The notes under the pieces are model-generated. The model made no database searches and was not told where the DNA came from. It saw only the letters and a list, made by a program, of their open reading frames with translations. Of a stretch of DNA of 64,000 nucleotides, positions 26,292 through 34,090 are shown one piece after another (positions within the stretch are counted from its first letter, which is position 1; every line of letters starts with the position of its first letter). The DNA lies in contig CAWCNI010000004.1 of NCBI GenBank assembly GCA_963796915.1, positions 2,758-66,757 of the forward strand, read 5' to 3'. This stretch comes from Vicinamibacteria bacterium. Its GTDB lineage: Bacteria; Acidobacteriota; Vicinamibacteria; Vicinamibacterales; JAENWD01. A program made the position numbers and the translations under genes.

Positions 26292-27425
26292 ATGCCTACG
26301 CTACCGGAACTGCTGAAAACCACCGTCGAGCTGAACGGCTCGGACCTGCACCTCACGACCGCCACGCCGGCCCAGGTCCGTGTGAACGGCAAGCTCCAGC
26401 GGCTCGACATGCCGGAGCTGTCGCCGGCCGACACCAAGCAGCTGGCCTACAGCGTGCTGACTGACACGCAGAAGAAGCGGTTCGAGGAAACGCTCGAGCT
26501 CGACTTCTCGTTCGGGATCAAGGGCCTCGCCCGCTTCCGCTGCAACATGTTCAATCAGCGCGGCGCCGTCGGCGCGGTCTACCGCTTGATTCCCGAGCGC
26601 ATCCGGAGCTTCGAAGAGCTGAACCTGCCGCCGGTCCTCGCCAACCTGTCGGAGCGGCCGCGCGGCCTCGTGCTGGTCACCGGGCCCACGGGCAGCGGCA
26701 AGTCTACGACCCTGGCCGCGATGATCGACAAGATCAACCAGGAGCGGCGCGAACACATCCTCACCATCGAGGACCCGATCGAGTACATCCACCAGCACAA
26801 GAACTGCCTGGTGAACCAGCGCGAAGTCCACAGCGACACCCAGGGCTTCGGCCTGGCTCTGCGCGCCGCCCTTCGTGAAGACCCCGACGTCGTGCTCATC
26901 GGCGAAATGCGCGACCTCGAGACCATCGAAGCGGCGCTGCGCATCGCGGAGACGGGCCACCTCACGTTTGCCACCCTGCACACGAACTCCGCGGCGCAGA
27001 CCATCAACCGCATCATCGATGTCTTCCCGGCGCACCAGCAGGGTCAGATTCGGACCCAGCTGTCCCTCGTCCTCGAAGGCATCGTCTGTCAGTCACTGCA
27101 GCCGAAGGTGGGCGGCGGACGCGTCGTGTCGCTCGAGATTCTGATGCCGACGGTCGCGGTACGGAACCTGATTCGCGAAGACAAGATTCACCAGATTTAC
27201 TCGGCGATGCAGACCGGCCAGGAGAAGGCCGGCATGCAGACCGCGAACCAGTCACTGGCCAGCCTGCACCTGGCGGGGCGCATCACGCTCGAAACGGCGA
27301 TGCTCGCCAGCTCTCACAGAGACGAGCTGCAGGAAATGATCAACCGCGGGGTCGGCGTGGTCGCCGGCGCCGGCATGGGCGGACGGCCTCTGCGGCCGAC
27401 GGCGGTTCCGCCGATACGTAGGTAG
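26292..27425 (+). CDS. pilT: twitching-motility retraction ATPase PilT
   Basis: MPTLPELLKTTVELNGSDLHLT...VTGPTGSGKSTTLAAMID...ILTIEDPIEY...GEMRDLETIEAALRIAETGHLTFATLHTNSAAQTINRIIDVFP. Confidence 0.92.
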   Translation: MPTLPELLKTTVELNGSDLHLTTATPAQVRVNGKLQRLDMPELSPADTKQLAYSVLTDTQKKRFEETLELDFSFGIKGLARFRCNMFNQRGAVGAVYRLIPERIRSFEELNLPPVLANLSERPRGLVLVTGPTGSGKSTTLAAMIDKINQERREHILTIEDPIEYIHQHKNCLVNQREVHSDTQGFGLALRAALREDPDVVLIGEMRDLETIEAALRIAETGHLTFATLHTNSAAQTINRIIDVFPAHQQGQIRTQLSLVLEGIVCQSLQPKVGGGRVVSLEILMPTVAVRNLIREDKIHQIYSAMQTGQEKAGMQTANQSLASLHLAGRITLETAMLASSHRDELQEMINRGVGVVAGAGMGGRPLRPTAVPPIRR

Positions 27426-27430
27426 GTAGT

Positions 27431-27499
27431 TGTAGCAGGCGGCGGGCAGCGGGCAGTGGTGTGCAACTGCCAGCCGCCGGCCGCCTGCTGCCAGCTACA
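27431..27499. repeat. GGCAG/CTGCC-rich palindromic element, copy B (pilT-pilC spacer)
   Basis: tgtagcaggcggcgggcagcgggcagtgg-tgtgcaa-ctgccagccgccggccgcctgctgccagctaca. It is preceded by tag-rich gtaggtagt containing the pilT stop. Confidence 0.7.
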
Positions 27500-27521
27500 G
27501 AGCTCGATACAGGACTAGCCT

Positions 27522-28745
27522 ATGCCAACTTTTGCATTTGTCGGTCGGACCCGGGGCGGCGAGACCATCAGCGGCGAGCGCGCCGGCGACACCATGGACG
27601 CCGTCGTCTCGCTCCTCCGGCGCGAGCAAGTGCTCGTCACCAAGGTCACGCCGGTGAAGGCCAAGGCCGACGCCGGCAGCCCCGTCAAGAAGGGGAAGCT
27701 GGGGAAGGGCGTCAACTCCAAGAACCTGGCGATCTTCGTCCGGCAGTTCTCGGTCATGATCGACGCCGGCCTGCCACTGGTCCAGTGTCTGGAAATCCTC
27801 GGCACGCAGGAAGAGGATCCGAGCTTCGCGGCGACGATCCTGCAGACGCGGTCCGACGTCGAGAACGGCCAGTCGCTGGCCGACGCGATGCGCAAGCATC
27901 CGAAGACCTTCGACCCGCTGTTCACCAACATGATCGCGGCCGGCGAGGCCGGCGGTATTCTCGACACCATCCTGAAGCGGCTGGCGACCTACATCGAGAA
28001 GGCCGTCAAGCTGAAGAGCCAGGTCAAGTCCGCGATGATCTACCCGATCGCGGTCGTCACCATCGCCTCCGTCGTCGTCGCCGCCATCCTGTGGAAGGTC
28101 ATCCCGACGTTCGCCGGCCTGTTCTCCTCGCTCGGCGCCGAGCTGCCGATGCCGACGCGCGTCGTCATCGCGATGAGCAACTCGCTGGTGCGCTTCGGCT
28201 GGATGATGATCATCGCCCTCGGCGTGCTCGGTTGGTTCCTGAAGCAGTTCTACGGCACGAGCGGCGGCCGCCGGACCATCGACAGGATCGTGCTCGGGCT
28301 CCCGATCCTCGGCAACATCATGAAGAAGATCGCCGTCGCGCGGTTCTGCCGCACGCTGGCGACCCTGATCAGCTCGGGCGTGCCGATTCTGGACGGCCTC
28401 GAGATCACCGCGCGCACGTCGGGCAACGCGATCGTCGAGGACGCGATCATGGCGACCCGGAAGAGCATCGAAGGCGGCAACACCATCGCGGCGCCGCTCC
28501 GGGAGACCAACGTGTTTCCGCCGATGGTCGTGCAGATGATCGGCGTTGGCGAAACGACGGGCGCGCTCGACACCATGCTGGCGAAGATTGCCGAGTTCTA
28601 CGAAGAGGAAGTGGACACGGCGGTCGCCGGTCTGCTGACACTGCTCGAGCCGATCATGATCGCGTTTCTCGGCCTGGTGGTCGGCGGCATCGTCATCGCG
28701 ATGTATCTGCCGATGTTCGACCTGATCAGCAAGCTGAGCGGCTAG
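27522..28745 (+). CDS. pilC: type IV pilus platform protein PilC (GspF family)
   Basis: 407 aa with two T2SSF repeats (..LATLISSGVPILDGLEI.. and ..MIAAGEAGGILDTIL..) and three TM segments. Confidence 0.9.
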   Translation: MPTFAFVGRTRGGETISGERAGDTMDAVVSLLRREQVLVTKVTPVKAKADAGSPVKKGKLGKGVNSKNLAIFVRQFSVMIDAGLPLVQCLEILGTQEEDPSFAATILQTRSDVENGQSLADAMRKHPKTFDPLFTNMIAAGEAGGILDTILKRLATYIEKAVKLKSQVKSAMIYPIAVVTIASVVVAAILWKVIPTFAGLFSSLGAELPMPTRVVIAMSNSLVRFGWMMIIALGVLGWFLKQFYGTSGGRRTIDRIVLGLPILGNIMKKIAVARFCRTLATLISSGVPILDGLEITARTSGNAIVEDAIMATRKSIEGGNTIAAPLRETNVFPPMVVQMIGVGETTGALDTMLAKIAEFYEEEVDTAVAGLLTLLEPIMIAFLGLVVGGIVIAMYLPMFDLISKLSG

Positions 28746-28787
28746 CATCATCCGCACACTCAGGAACCAGAGACAAGGGCTGCCGGC

Positions 28788-30500
28788 GTGAGAGGACCAG
28801 AACGCCGGCGGCTCGCCTCGCTCATCTGGGCGAGGGTGGTCGTCAGCACCCTGTTGATGGGGTCGGCGATCGTCGCGCAGATCACCCAGCCCTGGTCGCT
28901 GCCGATCGACCCGTTCTTCTTCCTGATCGGCCTGGCCTACTGCCTCTGCGTCATCTACGCGGTCACGCTCGACTACGCCCAGCGCTGGCCGTGGCTGATC
29001 GACCTGCAACTGGCCGGCGACGCGATCGCCGTCACGGCGTTCATCTACCTCACCGGCGGCGTCACCAGCTTCTTTGCGGTCCTCTACGTCCTGCCGGTCG
29101 CCGGCGCCGTCTTCCTGAAGTTCCGTGCCGGCGGATACCGTCTCGCCGCGCTCAGCACCGGGTTGCATACGGCGCTGGTGATCGCGGCGTACATGGGGAC
29201 GCCGGGCTACGTCGGCGGGCAGTGGCTGAACGACCTCCGGCCGATGCTGCCGCCGCTGCGCGTCGCCGCGCTCACCGTCATCGCCGACGGCATGGCGCTG
29301 GTGGCAGTCGCGCTGCTGGCCGGGTCGCTGGCCGAACGGCTCCGCAGCGCCAACGCCCGCCTCGAGGACGCATCGCTCGCACTCGCCGATCTCCAGGCGT
29401 TCAACCAGCACGTCATCGAGAGCCTGACGAGCGGCCTCGTCACGACTGACAGGACAGGACGCATCCTCACGTTCAACCGCGCCGCCGAAGCAATCACCGG
29501 GCAAAGCGCCGCGCTGGCGACGGGGCAGGCCGCCGCCGCAGTGCTGCAGATGCCGGAGGACCTCGCTACGCTGCTGGCACTGGATCTCGAGGCGCCAGCC
29601 CGCCGCGCCGACTACGTCTACCGCACCGCGGAAGGCGTCGCGCTCAACATCGGGCTCAGCGCCACCGACCTCGTGACGCCGGACGGGCGCACCGGCTACC
29701 TGCTGACCTTTCAGGACGTCACCGAGATGCGGCGCCTCGAACGCGAGGGCCGCGCGCGTCAGCGCCTCGCCGCCGTGGGCGAGATGGCCGCTGGCATCGC
29801 GCACGAGATTCGCAATCCGCTGGCCTCGATGCGCGGCTCGATCCAGGTGCTTCGCGCGGAACTGGCGCTCACCGACGAGCAGGCGGACCTGATGGACATC
29901 GTGATGCGCGAGTCGGATCGGCTGAACGAGACGATCCGATCGTTTCTGTCGTACGCGCGGCCGAAGCCGCCGACTGCCGGCCCCGTCGACATGGGCCGCC
30001 TCCTGCGCGACACCGCAATCCTGCTGCGCAACAGCCCCGAAGTGCTGCCGCAGCATCGCATCGAGGTGGATGCCCCGGACTCGGGCCCGATCGCCGAGGG
30101 CGACGACGGGCAGGTGCGGCAGGTGGTGTGGAACCTCGCCACCAACGGCCTGAGAGCGATGCCCGAGGGCGGGCGTCTGGTCCTGCGCGCGCGACACGAC
30201 GCCGTCGACGGAGACGTCGTGGCGCTCGAAGTGGCCGACGACGGGGTCGGCATCTCCGCCGATCAGCTCGACACGTTGTTCCAGCCCTTCCGCGGATCGT
30301 TTGCGCGCGGGTCCGGTCTCGGCCTCGCCATCGTCCACCGCATCGTCAGCGATCACGCCGGGGAGATCGCCGTGCAGTCGGCGGTGGGGAAGGGCACGAC
30401 GGTGATCGTGAGGCTCGCAGCGCACGTGCAGCAGGCGGCAGGCAGCGGGCAGCGGGCAGTGGCTGGCGCGCAACGATGCGCAGATGAGGTCAGAAAGTGA
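28788..30500 (+). CDS. pilS: PilS-like membrane sensor histidine kinase
   Basis: GTG start. It has a multi-TM N-terminus, a PAS-like region, the H-box MAAGIAHEIRNPLASMRGS, and an HATPase_c domain ending ..GKGTTVIVRL (~30418). The last ~25 codons (QQAAGSGQRAVAG...) are encoded by the repeat arm. Confidence 0.75.
   Translation: MRGPERRRLASLIWARVVVSTLLMGSAIVAQITQPWSLPIDPFFFLIGLAYCLCVIYAVTLDYAQRWPWLIDLQLAGDAIAVTAFIYLTGGVTSFFAVLYVLPVAGAVFLKFRAGGYRLAALSTGLHTALVIAAYMGTPGYVGGQWLNDLRPMLPPLRVAALTVIADGMALVAVALLAGSLAERLRSANARLEDASLALADLQAFNQHVIESLTSGLVTTDRTGRILTFNRAAEAITGQSAALATGQAAAAVLQMPEDLATLLALDLEAPARRADYVYRTAEGVALNIGLSATDLVTPDGRTGYLLTFQDVTEMRRLEREGRARQRLAAVGEMAAGIAHEIRNPLASMRGSIQVLRAELALTDEQADLMDIVMRESDRLNETIRSFLSYARPKPPTAGPVDMGRLLRDTAILLRNSPEVLPQHRIEVDAPDSGPIAEGDDGQVRQVVWNLATNGLRAMPEGGRLVLRARHDAVDGDVVALEVADDGVGISADQLDTLFQPFRGSFARGSGLGLAIVHRIVSDHAGEIAVQSAVGKGTTVIVRLAAHVQQAAGSGQRAVAGAQRCADEVRK
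30427..30465. repeat. GGCAG-rich arm (left half of copy C)
   Basis: gcagcaggcggcaggcagcgggcagcgggcagtggctgg is nearly identical to the left arms of copies A, B and D. Confidence 0.65.
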
Positions 30501-30507
30501 CCCGGCA

Positions 30508-30879
30508 ATGTCGATTCGGAACTATCGGGACCTCATCGCCTGGCAACGCGCGATGGATTTCACCGTAGCGGTCTACACAGCCGCAGCGTCTTGGCCGAAA
30601 ACGGAGATGTTCGGTCTGACTCGTCAGGCCAAGGCCGCTGCGGTGTCGGTTCCCTGCAATATCGCCGAAGGACAGGGCAGACGCAGCGACGCGGAGTTCA
30701 GACACTTTCTCTCGATTGCGCATGGCTCGGTTCGCGAGGTCGAGACGTGTGTCTTGCTGGCAGAGCGCCTTGGCTTCTTGAAGGCACGTGAAACGGAGCA
30801 GCTGTTGGATCACGCGGGTGAAGTTGGAAGGCTCGTGACTGGACTGGCTAATGCGATTCCGACAAAGGATCGGCGATGA
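30508..30879 (+). CDS. four-helix-bundle protein (23S rRNA intervening-sequence protein / Avd-like family)
   Basis: MSIRNYRDLIAWQRAMDFTVAVYTAAASWPKTEMFGLTRQAKAAAVSVPCNIAEGQGRRSDAEFRHFLSIAHGSVREVETCVLLAERLGFL.. This is the hallmark pattern of the TIGR02436/PF05635 family (YRDL.(V/A)WQ.A..L...(I/V)Y......P..E.(F/Y)GL..Q(I/L/A).RAA.S(I/V)..NIAEG..R....E...FL..A.GS..E(L/V).T). Confidence 0.8.
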   Translation: MSIRNYRDLIAWQRAMDFTVAVYTAAASWPKTEMFGLTRQAKAAAVSVPCNIAEGQGRRSDAEFRHFLSIAHGSVREVETCVLLAERLGFLKARETEQLLDHAGEVGRLVTGLANAIPTKDRR

Positions 30880-32336
30880 AGCCTGTCCCGAGTCTGGCCA
30901 CCCCTGGCAGCCAGCCCCTGCCAGCCGCCAGCCGCCCGCTGTCTGCTACAGAGGACCCGTCTCGCCCCAAGCGCGTGCTCGTCGCCGACGACGAGCGATC
31001 GATGCGGGAGCTGCTGGCGATTGTGCTGAAGCGTGAAGGGTACGAGGTGCTGCTGGCTGAAAACGGCCACGCCGCCCTCGCAGCCCTGAATCGCGGCAAC
31101 ATCGACCTGATCATCTCCGACATCAAGATGCCCGACATGAGCGGCGTGGACGTCCTGCGCGCCGCGAAGGCCGCCGACGCGTCGCTGCCGGCGATCATGA
31201 TGACGGCCTTCGCCAGCACCGAAACGGCGGTCGAGGCGATGCGGCTCGGAGCCTGCGACTACCTGATCAAGCCGTTCGACGTCGACGAGCTGAAGTTGAA
31301 GGTGCGCGAGAAGCTCGAGGCGCGGCAGTTGCGCCAGGAGAACGTGCTTTTGCGGCGCGCGCTCAACCAGCCGCACGTGATGGCGGGCATCATCGGCCGC
31401 AGCTCCGGCATGCTGGCGGTGTTCGACCTCATCGAGTCGGTTGCCAAGACCACGAGCACCGTGCTCGTGACCGGCGAGTCCGGCACCGGCAAGGAGCTCG
31501 TGGCGAGGGCCGTGCACTTTCATTCGCTCCGGCGCGACCGTCCCTTCGTGGCGATCAACTGCGGGGCCCTGCCAGAGACGCTCCTCGAATCCGAGCTGTT
31601 CGGTCACATGCGCGGCTCGTTCACCGGTGCCGAAAACACCAAGAAGGGCCTGGTCGAGATCGCCGAGGGCGGCACCATCTTCCTGGACGAAATCGGCGAG
31701 ATGACGCCGATGATGCAGGTGAAGCTGCTCCGCGTCCTGCAGGAGCGCCGCTTCCGCCGCGTCGGCGGCCTCGAGGAGATCGAGGGCGACATCCGCGTCG
31801 TGGCCGCGACCAACCAGGATCTGCCGAAGCTGGTCGCTGACGGGCGCTTCCGCGAAGATCTCTACTACCGGATCAACGTGATCCCGATCCAGTTGCCTCC
31901 GCTCCGCGACCGGCGGGAAGATATTCCACTGATCGCCGAGCACTTTCTGGGCAAGTACCGCGATCAGATGGGCAAGCCCCTGGTGGCGATCTCGCGCGAC
32001 GCGATGGGCTGGCTGGAGCGCTACCACTGGCCGGGCAATATCAGAGAGCTCGAAAACGTCATCGAACGCGCTGTGGCGCTCGAGCGCACGCCAACCATCC
32101 TCCCCGAGAGCCTGCCCGCGCAGATTCGGGGCACGATCGAGCCGGGATCGTCGGCCGCCGACGTCGCGTCGCTGCCGGACGGCGGGTTCGACCTCGAACA
32201 GCACGTGCAGGACGTCGAGCGCCGCTACCTGGCCCAGGCGCTCGAGCGGGCTGGCGGCGTGCAGGTGCGAGCCGCGGAGCTGCTCGGGATGAGTTTCAGA
32301 TCGTTCAGGGTACTACGCAAAGAAGTAGCAATCTGA
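30876..32336 (+). CDS. pilR: sigma54-dependent response regulator PilR (NtrC family)
   Basis: It has a receiver domain (KRVLVADDERSMRELL...DLIISDIKMPDMSG), an AAA+ domain (GESGTGKELVARAVH, GSFTGA, ESELFGH) and a C-terminal Fis-type HTH. The ATG at 30876 overlaps the preceding stop (ATGA). The first ~30 codons are encoded by the C-rich repeat arm, so the true start is uncertain. Confidence 0.85.
   Translation: MKPVPSLATPGSQPLPAASRPLSATEDPSRPKRVLVADDERSMRELLAIVLKREGYEVLLAENGHAALAALNRGNIDLIISDIKMPDMSGVDVLRAAKAADASLPAIMMTAFASTETAVEAMRLGACDYLIKPFDVDELKLKVREKLEARQLRQENVLLRRALNQPHVMAGIIGRSSGMLAVFDLIESVAKTTSTVLVTGESGTGKELVARAVHFHSLRRDRPFVAINCGALPETLLESELFGHMRGSFTGAENTKKGLVEIAEGGTIFLDEIGEMTPMMQVKLLRVLQERRFRRVGGLEEIEGDIRVVAATNQDLPKLVADGRFREDLYYRINVIPIQLPPLRDRREDIPLIAEHFLGKYRDQMGKPLVAISRDAMGWLERYHWPGNIRELENVIERAVALERTPTILPESLPAQIRGTIEPGSSAADVASLPDGGFDLEQHVQDVERRYLAQALERAGGVQVRAAELLGMSFRSFRVLRKEVAI
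30897..30950. repeat. CTGCC-rich arm (right half of copy C)
   Basis: ggccacccctggcagccagcccctgccagccgccagccgcccgctgtctgctaca ends with the same ctgctaca(gag) terminus as copy B. Confidence 0.6.
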
Positions 32337-32461
32337 AGTAGGACTCGGGCAGGTTTCAGCGCCCCGCGCCCTTTCCTCTGCGCCTTCCCCCTGCAGCCGG
32401 CGGGGTACCTCTTTATCCCCGCCGTTCTGCCGATAACACTTTTGCAATCGCGGTTCGCTCT

Positions 32462-32524
32462 TTGTCGCGTGACAATTGAAGGCCTCGGGACACTTTCTGC
32501 CAAGGGCCGCTGACAGGGATTGTC
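32462..32524 (+). promoter_or_regulatory. candidate enhancer (UAS) with TGTC/GACA inverted repeats upstream of the pilin promoter
   Basis: The inverted repeats are ttgtcGCGTgacaa (32462-32475) and gacaGGGATtgtc (32512-32524). They lie 110-190 nt upstream of the -24/-12 element. This location fits an NtrC-type activator site. Confidence 0.3.
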
Positions 32525-32634
32525 GCTTCGCCGCTGTGGCACGGTGATCTCCCGGCCGAATTGCAGAAGACACGGTCTGATAAGTCACGGGTTCGCAAGG
32601 CGATGCGGGGGTTGGGCGGCGCGGAGGGACGGGC

Positions 32635-32650
32635 TGGCACCACGGTTGCT
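32635..32650 (+). promoter_or_regulatory. sigma54 (-24/-12) promoter for pilA1
   Basis: TGGCACcacggTTGCTa matches the consensus TGGCAC-N5-TTGCW exactly. It lies ~120 nt upstream of the pilin ATG and downstream of pilR. Confidence 0.65.
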
Positions 32651-32771
32651 ATTGCTACCGGCGTCGACGGCCGCCAGATGTCCTGGCGACCAGACGGCGG
32701 CTGTCAACAGCCCCTAACGTCAACGTGGTCCGATCCGAGCGACGGACGGTTCCTTGAGGAGAGACACAGTC

Positions 32772-33293
32772 ATGAAGCTTCGTAACCAGAAGGGTTTCAC
32801 GCTCATCGAGCTGCTGATCGTCGTGGCGATCATCGGCATCATCGCGGCCATCGCAATCCCCGGCCTGCTCCGCGCCCGCATGTCGGGTAACGAGACGTCG
32901 GCGATCGGCTCACTCCGCGCCATCAACAGCGCGCAGGTGAACTTCGCGGCCAACTGCGGCCAGGGCAACTACGCTGACTCGCTCCCGAACCTGGCGCTGG
33001 CGCCGGCGGCTGGTGGTGAAGGCTTCATCAGCGTCGACCTGTCGGCGGCGGCTCCTGTGAAGAGCGGCTACAACATCGTCTTCACTGCGGGCGCGGCCCC
33101 GGTGACGGCGCCGACCGTCTGCAACGCGGCCACCACGTCGGTGACCTTCGCGGTCAACGCGGATCCGTCCGCGGTCGGCAGCAGCGGCACGCGCTACTTC
33201 TTCACCAACGGCGGCACGATCTTCCAGGATTCGACGGCGACGATCGCTCCTGTGCAGACCGGCCCGCCCGCGTCGGGCACGCCGATTCAGTAG
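32772..33293 (+). CDS. pilA: type IV major pilin (prepilin N-terminal methylation domain), copy 1
   Basis: A GAGGAGA RBS precedes the start. MKLRNQKG/FTLIELLIVVAIIGIIAAIAIPGLLRARMSGNETSAIGSLRAINSAQ. Two Cys residues are present (ANCGQG, TVCNAA). The C-terminus is VQTGPPASGTPIQ. Confidence 0.85.
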   Translation: MKLRNQKGFTLIELLIVVAIIGIIAAIAIPGLLRARMSGNETSAIGSLRAINSAQVNFAANCGQGNYADSLPNLALAPAAGGEGFISVDLSAAAPVKSGYNIVFTAGAAPVTAPTVCNAATTSVTFAVNADPSAVGSSGTRYFFTNGGTIFQDSTATIAPVQTGPPASGTPIQ

Positions 33294-33331
33294 GCGCTTC
33301 GCCCCCGGTGTGGGGTGGAGGCTTGGTTCCG

Positions 33332-33370
33332 GGGGGATGTTCGCGCGGCGGGCATCCCCCTTTTCTTTCT
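33332..33370 (+). terminator. rho-independent terminator after pilA1
   Basis: The stem ggggggatg (33332-33339) pairs with catccccc (33353-33360). It is followed by ttttctttct. Confidence 0.6.
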
Positions 33371-33414
33371 CCGACGCGGACTGTAGATCGGCGCCGGGAT
33401 TTCGGAACACGACC

Positions 33415-33933
33415 ATGGCTGGACGAGACAAACGCGGCTTCACCCTGATCGAGCTCCTGATCGTGGTGGCCATCATCGGAATCATCGCGGCGATTGCCAT
33501 CCCCGGCCTCCTGCGGGCCCGCATGTCGGGCAACGAGGCCTCGGCGATCGGCAGTGTCCGGGCCGTCACCAGCGGCCAGGTGAGCTTCGCGGCCAACTGC
33601 GCGCAGGGCACCTTCGCGGGGTCGCTTGCCGACCTGGCGACGCCGCCCGCGGCCGGCGGCCCCGGGTTCGTCAGCGACGACCTGGCGCTCGACCCGTCGT
33701 ACAAGAGCGGCTACACCATCAAGATCACGGCCGGCGCGGCCGCCTCGGGCCTGACGATTTGCAACGGCACGTCGACGAACCTGACCTTCGCCGTCAACGC
33801 CGACCCGATCAGCCCCGGCACGAGCGGGACGCGACACTTCTTCGCCAACGCCAGCGGCAACATCTGGGTGGACCAGGCGGCGATTGCCGTCGTGCAGACC
33901 GGTCCTCCGGGAACGGGCTCGCCGATTCAGTAG
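33415..33933 (+). CDS. type IV pilin, copy 2 (paralogue of pilA1)
   Basis: MAGRDKRG/FTLIELLIVVAIIGIIAAIAIPGLLRARMSGNEASAIGSVRAVTSGQ. Two Cys residues are present (ANCAQG, TICNGT). It has the same C-terminal VQTGPPGTGSPIQ. The nucleotide sequence differs from copy 1 mainly at synonymous sites in the shared N-terminus. Confidence 0.85.
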   Translation: MAGRDKRGFTLIELLIVVAIIGIIAAIAIPGLLRARMSGNEASAIGSVRAVTSGQVSFAANCAQGTFAGSLADLATPPAAGGPGFVSDDLALDPSYKSGYTIKITAGAAASGLTICNGTSTNLTFAVNADPISPGTSGTRHFFANASGNIWVDQAAIAVVQTGPPGTGSPIQ

Positions 33934-34014
33934 AGCCTCCTGAACCATTCGGCAAGACCTGCTACAGCGCCGCGCGACGGCGCGCCACCCGCAGGCCGCG
34001 ACGCGGCCCGGCAT

Positions 34015-34044
34015 TTGACAGGGCCAGACAGCCGCCCCTACGAT
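34015..34044 (+). promoter_or_regulatory. candidate sigma70-type promoter
   Basis: TTGACA (34015-34020), an 18-nt spacer, then TACGAT (34039-34044). It lies ~45 nt upstream of the VKOR-DsbA GTG start. Confidence 0.3.
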
Positions 34045-34090
34045 CCCATCACGTGGACGCTGCGCTCAACGCGCGCGGGGTGTCAGACAG

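Noticed and set aside
30508-30879. Diversity-generating retroelement (the four-helix-bundle protein acting as Avd)
   Set aside because: No reverse transcriptase gene and no template/variable repeat pair are visible anywhere in the window. The two pilins differ by ordinary divergence, not adenine-specific substitutions.
33371-33414. sigma54 promoter for pilA2 (cggcgc-N5-tttcg)
   Set aside because: The -12 GC dinucleotide is missing. The element lies only ~25 nt from the ATG, leaving no room for a leader and RBS.
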